From Candidatus Kapaibacterium sp. (GTDB taxonomy: Bacteria; Patescibacteriota; Patescibacteriia; UBA9934): 64,000 nt of DNA. The stretch is from NCBI GenBank assembly GCA_044350705.1, contig JBILHA010000001.1, forward strand, positions 177,809 to 241,808. The letters run 5' to 3'. The position numbers and the translations under genes were made by a program. Below are positions 39,771 to 49,700 of this stretch, piece by piece; within the stretch, counting starts at the first letter, position 1, and every line of letters starts with the position of its first letter. A model generated the notes under the pieces. The model was not told the origin of the DNA. It did not search any database and saw only the letters and a program-made list of their open reading frames with translations.

Positions 39771-40631
39771 GTGGCGGTCGTTCCTGTTTACAAAAAGTTA
39801 GGGGCAACTCCCCTTGAGGCTTTGGAAGCGCTTCGCGTTGATCGACCTGATCTTGCTCATGAGCTGATGACGTATGCAGGGCGACTAGATCCGATGGCTG
39901 AGGGCGTGCTTTTGGTGCTTACGGGCGAGGATCGATACCGGGCGAAGGAATTTCAGCAGTTAGATAAGACGTATCGAGCAACTTTTTTACTTGGGTTTTC
40001 ATCGGATACGGGAGATGTGTTGGGGATGGTGGGGAGTGAGATGGGACGGATGGGGACGGATGAGGTGGATAAGGGGAGTAAAGGGAGTGAGGGGAGTTTG
40101 GGGAGTAGGAGAGGTACAGGTGATGGGTGTCATTTTGACCGGCAAGTGGCCGGTCTTGAGGGAGATGCTCAGGCGACCGAAGGATCTCCGCATGAAGGGC
40201 ATTTTGAAGAGCGAATAAGAGAAATACTGGTGGGAAATCATGAAATACCGCTCCCGGCTTATTCTTCTTATAAAGTAAAAGGAAAACCACTTCATTATTG
40301 GGCAAAAAGTGGGCGTCTTGCTGAGATTGAGATTCCTCGTCGGGTGATGCGTGTGCATGCGGTGCGTAATGTTTCGCTTTCACGGATTTCGTATGCGGAT
40401 CTTTTTCAAGAAATAGCATCCCGTATTGCGCTTGTTCAGGGAGACTTTCGCCAAGAAGAAATTCTTTTGCGGTGGCGGGATGTTTTACGAGAAGAAAAAC
40501 ATGCGGTTCTTGTGCATTGTGAGCTTGATGTTTCATCAGGAACATATGTGCGTTCCTTGGCAAAGTGTATTGAGGAGAATTTTCATATTCCTACTCTGCT
40601 TTTTCGACTTTTTCGATCGCGTGTTGGGTAG
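39771..40631 (+). CDS. truB: tRNA pseudouridine(55) synthase TruB-like, with in-frame Gly/Ser-rich insertion, no PUA domain
   Basis: YKKLGATPLEALEALR (TruB motif I region), YAGRLDPMAEGVLLV (catalytic Asp), KTYRATFLLGFSSDTGD, later PAYSSYKVKGKPLHYWA. A ~60-aa low-complexity segment GSEMGRMGTDEVDKGSKGSEGSLGSRRGTGDG... is encoded by the G-rich repeat. Confidence 0.75.
   Translation: MAVVPVYKKLGATPLEALEALRVDRPDLAHELMTYAGRLDPMAEGVLLVLTGEDRYRAKEFQQLDKTYRATFLLGFSSDTGDVLGMVGSEMGRMGTDEVDKGSKGSEGSLGSRRGTGDGCHFDRQVAGLEGDAQATEGSPHEGHFEERIREILVGNHEIPLPAYSSYKVKGKPLHYWAKSGRLAEIEIPRRVMRVHAVRNVSLSRISYADLFQEIASRIALVQGDFRQEEILLRWRDVLREEKHAVLVHCELDVSSGTYVRSLAKCIEENFHIPTLLFRLFRSRVG
40021..40125. repeat. G-rich repeat copy D, embedded in-frame in truB
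   Basis: tggggatggtggggagtgagatgggacggatggggacggatgaggtggataaggggagtaaagggagtgaggggagtttggggagtaggagagg: same GGGGAGTRR-type units as the intergenic copies. Confidence 0.5.
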
Positions 40632-40722
40632 GGCTTATTTTATTGGTTATTTTTACGATTTTTTTGTGTAAAACTTTTTCTTTTCCTTCTTTCTTTTTTG
40701 TATACTTTGAGCGTCTCAATTT

Positions 40723-43700
40723 ATGGTGCTTTTCCCCTCTTCTTTTTCTCGTTTCTCGCGTTTTTTGAAAGTTCTCGGAGGATCGATCTTTATTCTTACG
40801 TTTATTCTTCTTTCGCCTTTTTGGTCTGAAGCTGCCGCATGTCCGGTTACCGATGGAGGCGTGGGAGATGGTGATGGTTCTGCGAATGGAACTCTAACGA
40901 TTAATGCGAGTACTTCCTGGACTCCTCCTGCAACGCGGGGCGATTTTTGGGATTGTACGGGGAAGACGGTTCATGTAACAGGTGGTGCTACGTTGACTTT
41001 TTCAACGGTAACTACCTCGGGTCGTTTCGGTTATTTGAAAGCGGATAACATCATTGTTGATGCGGGGTCGGCTATTTCTTCCGATGGCCTTGGCTGTTCC
41101 GTGAGCTCTCCTGGATGGGGATTTGGGCCGAATGTCACTACGGGTATTTGTACCTTGGAAACAACGGGAGCTGGACGTGGTGGTAGTGGTAGCGGATATT
41201 CTCCTGCTTCGGGTAGTTATGGTGGGCTTGGTGGATATGGAGGAAGCCCTTCTTGGCTCGCGGGAAGTGTTTATGGTGATCCTATTTCCCCCATGCTTTT
41301 TGGGTCTTCTTCTGGTGATACGAACTATGAAGATTCTGGTCCTGGAGGAGGTGTTGTTTGGTTGCACGCTACCGATACGCTCACGTTAGATGGCACGATA
41401 TCTGCACGAGGACTTGCAGGTGCTTCTGCTGCGGCGGGTGCAGGATCTGGCGGATCCATTCTTTTGTTAGCTCAAGTTATCGATGGAACAACTGGTGCTT
41501 TGAATGCCGAAGGTGCGGATGGAAAGTCGAGTGGATCGGGAAGGTTTAGCGGCGGTGGTGGTGGTGGAAGGGTATCCGTTCTTTATGGTACAGATTCGAG
41601 TTCTTGGCTTGGTTCGCTATCCCCGTCGACCGTTGTTTCGGGGGGTCTTTCTTCTGGTGGTACGAGCACTGCGGGTGAAGATGGCACTGTTTATAAAAGC
41701 GCTTCATACGATCCTGCGATCGCGTTTGCCACTATTTCTGATAGTGATGCTGATTATCAAGTCGATACGATTACCATTACTTTTGATCGAGATTTAGATG
41801 GCGCTACAGTTGCCATGAGTGATTTTTCTCTTGATGGTGGATATACTATTACTTCCGCTTCCGAAACTTCAGCTGGTGTTGTTACTTTAACGGTTGCTGA
41901 GCGCGGATATGTTGATGTTGAGCGCTCGATTACCATTTCTCTTGTAGGAAGTGTTACTGATACCATGTTTGGACTTTCGTCGTCGAGCGACGTGTACTAT
42001 GCGGTTTCTTCGACATGTCCATTCTTTGATGGCTCTCCAGACGATGCAGATTTGGCAAGAAATGGTTCGTATACCATTGCAGAAGCAGTTCAGCTCACTC
42101 CATCGCCATATCGCCTGAACTGTGAAGGTTTAGATTTGGTTGTGAATAGTACCGTCACTTTTGCAGGAAGTGTTTCTACGGGCGATTATTCTCATTTGCG
42201 TGCTGACGATATTACGTTGGGATTTGGTGGGGTATTTTCTGCAACAGAAAGGGGATGTCAGGGACTTGCACAATCAGCCCATGAGCCTGGTTTGGATAAT
42301 ATTTGTGGTGCAAGTGCACTTTCTTCTGGAAATGGAAGTAGCGGAGCGGGAGGTGGTGGTATTAGTCAGGCGCGTGGTGGTGGAGGAGGATACGGTGGAA
42401 ATGGAGGGCAGGGTGGTTCAGCAGCTGCACTTGCAGGATTTTTAGGAGGTACGAGTTACGGTTCCTCAACGACGCCATTGCTGTTTGGTTCTACGGGAGG
42501 TGGTACAACGGGTAGCCGGGGTGGACATGCGGGAGGTATTGTTGCCATTACCGCTTCTGGTACGTTTACCTGGAACGGATCCATTCTTTCTCAAGGAGGA
42601 AATGGTACGGGAACGAGCGGATCTGCGGCTGGTGGAGGTGGATCGGGTGGATCGGTGTATATTCAGGCCGCAACGCTTGCGGGAAGTACGGGTTCTGTTT
42701 CTGCTGCTGGAGGGAATGGATATAGTGGAAGTTCGGTGAATGGTGGTGGAGGTGGAGGAGGACGTGTTGCTATTTATTACGGTACAGATTCTACATCGTT
42801 TGTAAGTGGATTGAGTGCGGCAGGTGTTGCAGCAGGTGGAACTGGTCCTTCTGCTGCCGCTGAAGGTACCGCGGGAAGTTTGTATACGTCGGCTACCTAT
42901 ACCGCTGCTGCTCCGGAAGCTATTGAAGGTTTTACTCGAGATGCTGATACAGATGGCTATTTAGATGCCATTGTTTTACTTTTTACTGAAGATCTTGATG
43001 CTGCATCACTTGCGACGACTGATTTTTCGGTGACGGGATATACAATTACCGGCGTTGCGCTTACTTCCGGTAATGTTGTAACACTTTCACTTCAAGAAGG
43101 CGGAACTCCTGATACATCTGCAATTCCGGCTACTTCTATCGTTGGATCGATTAGCGGTGCAACGTCGGGAACGATTACTTCGGGAAGTTTTGTTATGAAT
43201 GATGAGGCGTACCCGGTTGCGATGTCGGCTTCATATTTGGATACGAATGTGAACGGTGCAGTTGATCGTGTAGATATTGTTTTTTCTGAAACCATCACCT
43301 TTAGCTATAACTCTGGTGATTGGACTTTTCCCGATGCGGGTTCGTTTAATTTAGTAGATACCACTTTCGCAGTAACTACGAATACGCTTCGTCTTACGGT
43401 TACTGCAGATGCTGAAGAGACGAGTTCTAGTACAACGCCGACTGTTTTATATACAAATACTGCAAATCGCTTGCAGGATGCTTCTGGAAACTTTACCGCA
43501 ACATTCCCTTCGGCGTTATCTATTTCCGATGCTGCTGCGCCAGCAATTAATGCCATGACTACGGGAGATGCAAATAGTGATGGATATATTGATACATTAA
43601 TATTTGTATGGACTGAAAATGTTGATACCAATGATGGAGCCCCTCCTGTTCTTGCTGACTTTGGTACGATTACCATGCCAAACGGAGGTACTGCATCGAG

Positions 43701-46700
43701 TGCGACGATTAGTGACCCTGGGGGAATTTCGAATACGGTTACTCTCACAAACGTAACTGGACAAACGAATATTTTTACGGGTACTACAAGCGTTGCGATT
43801 AATGGGATTACAGGGCAGTGGAGTGATGGCACGAACCTTACGACGAATCCTGACGATTCTGAAACAGTTATCGATGCCGCTTCGCCGATTATTCGTACGG
43901 ATGGTGCGAACGCTCCTCGTTATGAAGATAGTAATAGCGATGGAACTATTGATCGTATCCGTTTAATTTTTTCTGAAAATACCACCATTACGTATACTGA
44001 TGCGGATTGGACCATTACGCCAAACGCATTAACGAGCGCTGATGTTTCGGCAGTTTCTTCGGGAAGCGGTACGACGACGGTTTATTTAACCGCTACAGCT
44101 CAATCGCTTTTGACGGGTGTTGGTACTGGCACGGTTCCTACGCTTTCATATGCGCAAAGTTCTGGCTCGGTTGCTGATGCAACAGGCAACCAACTTGCTA
44201 CGGTATCCGGTGTCAATCTTGTCGACTTTGCGAATCCTCGTTTGCGAACGGATTCTGGTAATCAAATGGCGTATCAAGATGCTGATGCGAATGGCAGCAT
44301 AGATCGTGTTCGTTTGATATTTACAGAGCCGGTTACGATTACCTATGTTGATGCAAACTGGGTTTCTGTGGCGAACTCACTTACGGGTTTTGATGTCGGT
44401 GCGCTTTCTTCGGGAAATGGAACATCAACGGTCTATCTTACCGCTACGACATCTTCTGCAACAACAGGTGTTGGCGCGGGAACGCAGCCTACCCTTCGCT
44501 TTACCGCGGGAAGTGGGGGAAGTATTGTTGATAGTGCTTCTAACGCACTTGCTTCTATTGCAGCCACTTCTCTTATTGATGAAGCGTTGCCGATTTTGCT
44601 TACTTCTCGATACCGCGATATTAACTACAACGCTACGGTAGATCGGTTTGATCTTACTTTTTCTGAAACCATGACCGTTGCTACGTGTGAAACGGGAGAT
44701 TATACCCTTTCGGGAAGTGACGCTTCGGGCGTTTCGGTGGCGTCGTGTTCTGCTACGGGTGCCGTGGTTGAGCTTACGCCCTCAGGTATTCCTGCAAATG
44801 ATACTTCGTTAACATTGGCCCTTTCGTATAATGCATCTGCGGGTACGGCGAATAGTTTGCGCGACGGTGCTGCAAATGGCGTTGCATCTTTTTCCTCGGT
44901 TTCGCTTGCTGATGCAACCTCACCCGTGCCTCTTGGTGGGGTTTCTCGCGATGTAAATAGTGATGGCACCGTAGATAGAGTTGTCGTTTCTTTTTCGGAG
45001 AATGTTACGGCAGCACATTGCGATGCAGCTGATTACACATTCTCAGGCACGCATGCGAGTGGTTTAGCGATTAGTGCATGTAGCCCTTCTGGACAAGATA
45101 TTTCGTATACACTCACTGGAGCTCCAGTTGCAAATACTGCGTTAAGTTTTTCGTGGACCTATACTCAGGCGGCGGGAACGGCAAATAGTTTAGCTGATGA
45201 TATTGGAAATGTGATTCCTAATGTCACTCTTGCAGTTACCGATGCCGCTGCGCCGGTTATCATTTCCGGTTCTTATACTGATGGCAATGGAGATGGAACA
45301 GTAGATGCGGTTTCTCTTGGTTTTTCTGAAGCGGTAACTGTCACGTATGACGATGGTGACTGGATAGCCAATGCTCGTGATTTAACGGGCTTTGATGTTA
45401 CAGGACTTACTTCTGGATCGGGAACTTCCTCACTTGTTTTTTCAGCAACGTCATCCTCGGTTACGGGTGTTGGCGCTTTGGGTGACGAGCCTACGCTTCG
45501 TTATACCGATGGCGCAGGTTCGCTTACGAGCGCGACGGGGGAGACCCCGTTGTCTATTAGTGCATTTACCCTTGCCGATAATGCAGATCCGTTGATTGTT
45601 TCTGGTGCGTATCAAGATGACAATGGGAACGGAACGGTTGATCTCGTCGTGCTTTCATTCACCGAGCCATTGGATTATGCCGCTTGTGAGGTTGGAGATT
45701 TTTCTTTTGCGGGTGCTGATGGATCGGGATTGTCGTTTTCTTCGTGCTCTGCAGGGTCCGGGGTTGATGGGGAATTTGTGCTTAATGGCGCTCCTTCTCT
45801 TGAAACAACGCTTGATATTGATCTTTCCTATAATGCGCTTGCCGGGCTTGCGAGCAGCTTAGTTGATAGCGAAGGAAATGCGCTCCCTTCATTTAGTGCC
45901 CTGAGTATTGACGATGAAGCGACACCCGTTCTTCTTTCTTCGTCTTATCAAGATGCTAATGCTGACGGTCGGGTTGATCGTGTCGCCTTGCAATTTTCTG
46001 AACCGGTTACGCTTACGTATGCAGATGGCGATTGGACAGCTATTGCGAACGGCTTGGTAAGTTTTGATGTCACAGGTATTCATTCGGGAAATGGTAGCGC
46101 TACCCTTCTTCTTTCTGCTACGGCGATGGCGGATCGTACGGGTGTTTCCTCTATTTCTTCTCAACCGCAACTTTCATTTACTGCGACCACAGGAAGTTTG
46201 GTTGATGCGGTTGGACAGGCGATTACTTCCTTAAGTACGTTTTCCGTTGCCGATGCGGCGGCCCCAGTTATTATTAGTGGTTCGTATGTAGATAGTGATA
46301 GCGATGCGGAGGTTGATCGTGTGCAATTGTTGTTTACGGAAGAGACGACGATTAATTTTGCTCTTGCGGATTGGACGGTTTCTTCAGGGGATCTCACGGG
46401 ACTTGCGATTTCTGCGATTGCTTCAGGGAATGGCAATGCGCTTATTTCTTTTGATGCATCTGCTGCTGCGGAGTTAACGGGAGTAGGTGCTGGTATTGAA
46501 CCGACATTAACATATCTTCCTGTTACGGGTTCAGTTGCTGATCGTTACGCTAATGCGCTGGTTTCTTCCGGACCGCATTCGCTTGTTGATGCCGCTGATC
46601 CGGTTTTGTTGAGTACAAATCCATCGCATAGTGAGTTGCATGTTGATCGAGATGCTGATGTTGTACTTTCTTTTTCTGAAGCTATGGATATCAATACATT

Positions 46701-49700
46701 TGCGTATGATATTTCCAATGCCGGTGTTTCTGAAGGTATTACGTGGGATGCCGATGAACGTATCGCAACGATTGATTTTGTATCAACACTTCCTGAAGAA
46801 ACGGTTATTACTGTTGAGGTGACCTTGGCCACGGACTATACGGGAAACGGATTCTCTCTTCTTGCGGGTATCGATAATCCTTTCTCATTTACTACAGCGG
46901 GTGCCATTATTAACCCCGTCCTCACCTCCGGATCTACACGCGACACTGATAATGACGGAAAAATAGATGCAATTGTTCTCTCCATCGATCAAGATATTAA
47001 TGGACTTACGGTTGCTGCTGCTGACTTTACGGTGACGGGCTACACCATTTCTTCTGCTTCTCGTACGGCTTCTGGTCAAATTACCCTTGTTCTCACCGAA
47101 GGAGGCTCTCTTGATACCGATGCTCGACCAGTAGTACAGGTCGTTGGTTCTGTAGATGGAGTATCTTCTGGTTTTCTTACCTCTGGAAGTATTACTCCGG
47201 CTGACGGTGCCGCACCTCTTGTGGTTTCTGGAGCGTATAAAGATAGTAATGCCGACGGTACGGTAGACCGTGTTGAAGTGTTGTTCTCCGAACCTCTTTC
47301 TTACAGCGCTTGTGAATACAGCGACTTCTCCTTTGGCGGCGCTGATGGGGCAGGGTTTTCTGTAAACGGTTGTGCAGCAGGGAGCGGTGATTACGGAGTA
47401 TTTGCTCTTGCAGGAGCTCCTAGTGGAGATACCTCGCTTACGCTTACCTTCTCGTACACCGCATCTCTTGGAACCACGAACAGTCTTGATGACGCTGCAG
47501 ATAACGCACTTCCTACGTTCTCTGCACTTGCACTTGCTGATGAAGCTCTTCCTGCACGACTTTCTAGTGCATACCAAGATGCTAATGCTGACGGTACGGT
47601 TGACCGTGTAGAACTTGTCTTCTCTGAAGCGGTCACGCTTACCTATGCAGATGCTGATTGGACGGCAACGGCTCATGGACTCACCGGATTTGATGTTACT
47701 GGCATTGCTTCTGGTAACGGTACGGATACCTTGTACCTTACGGCAACGGCAAGTGCTCATGTTACGGGTATTGCTGAGGAGGCAAGTCAACCAACGCTTG
47801 CTTTTACGGCAACGACGGGAAGCTTGGTTGACGGTGAAGGTTCCGCACTCTCTTCACTCACTACATTTGTTCTTCTCGATGATGCTGCTCCTGTTTTGCG
47901 AAGCGATATTGAAAGCGTATATCGTGATACTTCAGGAAATGGTGTTGTTGATCGTGTTGTCTTGCGTTTTACTGAAGATGTTAATGCGACGTACGATGCC
48001 GTAGATTGGGCTGTTACGGAAAATGACTTAGCAGGTCTTACAATTACGAGTGCGTCTGCCGGCTGGGCCTCTACAGTAAGTCTTACGGCTACCGCTGATG
48101 GTGTTCAGACGGGTGTTGGTCTTGGCGCAGAGCCGGGAATTGCTTTTTCTCCCGCGCTTGGTCAAATTGTCGATCGCTCAGGTAATGTGGTCAGTGCTTT
48201 TTCTCGCACGCTCGTTGATGATGCTTCGCCGCTTCTTGTAAGCTCTTCACCCCTTCATGGTGCAACGGGTGTTGCTCTTGATACGAACATTGTTCTTTCA
48301 TTTAGTGAAACAATGGATATCAATAACTTCTCTTTTTCTCTTTCTGAAGTTGTTGCGGGTGAAAGCTTGGGATGGAATGCGGCAGAAGATGAAATTACCA
48401 TTGAATATGCTGATAATTTTGAGTATGAAACTGAATATACGGTCTCACTTCTTGCCGCTCCTGATCTTGCGGGTAATGCGCTTGGCGGTGCATTAATCGG
48501 TTCTGCAAATCCTTTTAGCTTCACGACACTCTCCATTGTTGTGCATCCTGTCCTCACCTCTGGATCTACTCGAGATACCGATAACGATGGAAAGATAGAC
48601 GCCATTGTTCTCTCCATCGATCAAGACATTAATGGATTAACGGTTGCTTCTTCAGATTTTTCGGTGACGGGCTATACCATTTCTTCTGCTTCTCGTACGG
48701 CTTCTGGTGAAATCACTCTCGTTCTCACCGAAGGAGGTTCTCTTGATACCGATGCTCGACCGGCAGTACAGGTTGTTGGTTCTGTAGATGGAGCATCTTC
48801 TGGTTTTCTTACCTCTGGAAGTATTACTCCAGCTGACGGTGCCGCACCTCTTGTGGTATCTGGAGCGTATAAAGATAGCAATGCCGACGGTACCGTAGAT
48901 CGTGTTGAAGTATTGTTCTCCGAACCTCTTTCTTACGGCGCTTGTGAATACGGTGACTTCTCCTTTGGTGGTGCTGATGGGGCAGGGGTTTCTGTAGCGT
49001 CTTGTGGTTCGGGGGATGATGCCTATGGAATCTTTATTCTTTCTGGAACTCCAAGTAACGACACTTCTCTTGAGCTTACGTTTACGTATGCGGCATCTGC
49101 GGGAACTGCAAATAGCCTTGATGACGCTGCAGACAACGCACTTCCTTCCTTCTCTGCACTTGCACTTGCCGACGAAGCTCTTCCTGCACGGCTTTCTAGT
49201 GCATACCAAGATGCTAATGCTGACGGTACGGTAGACCGTGTAGAGCTTGTCTTTTCTGAAGCGGTTACGCTTACCTATGCCGATGCTGATTGGACGGTAA
49301 CGGCTCATGGTCTCGCTGGATTTGACGTTACAGGCATTGCTTCTGGAAACGGCACCGATACTTTGTACCTTTCGGCAATGGCGAGTGCGAATACGACCGG
49401 AATTGGTGAAGAGGATAGTCAGCCAACGCTTGCTTTTACGGCTACGACGGGAAGTTTGGTTGCGCTAGTTGGCGGCTCCGCTTTGCCTGCACTTTCCTCA
49501 TTTTATCTCTCCGATGAGGCGGCTCCTCGCATGATTTCTGGATCGTATTTTGATGAAAATGCTGATGCGCGTGTTGACGCAATGGATATTCTTTTTACTG
49601 AACCTGTCGATGTTCCATTTTGTGAATCCGAAGATTATGCATTTACTGGTGATGATGTGGGATCTCTCGTCGTAATTACATGCCCTGGGGAATCCGCTTC

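Noticed and set aside
23925-40125. G-rich repeats as a possible CRISPR array
   Set aside because: Copies are dispersed over 16 kb, not in a regularly spaced array with unique spacers. No cas genes. Units are 9-mers within 50-100 bp blocks.
39919-40563. 214-aa minus-strand Pro/His-rich ORF antisense to truB
   Set aside because: Its Pro/His/Ser-rich translation is simply the complement of the G-rich repeat. It lies inside truB.
43305-49308. Minus-strand ORFs 43305..43832, 46885..47790 and 48652..49308 inside the giant gene
   Set aside because: Antisense shadows of the repetitive giant ORF. The last two are near-identical to each other only because the sense-strand tandem duplication is mirrored on the antisense strand.
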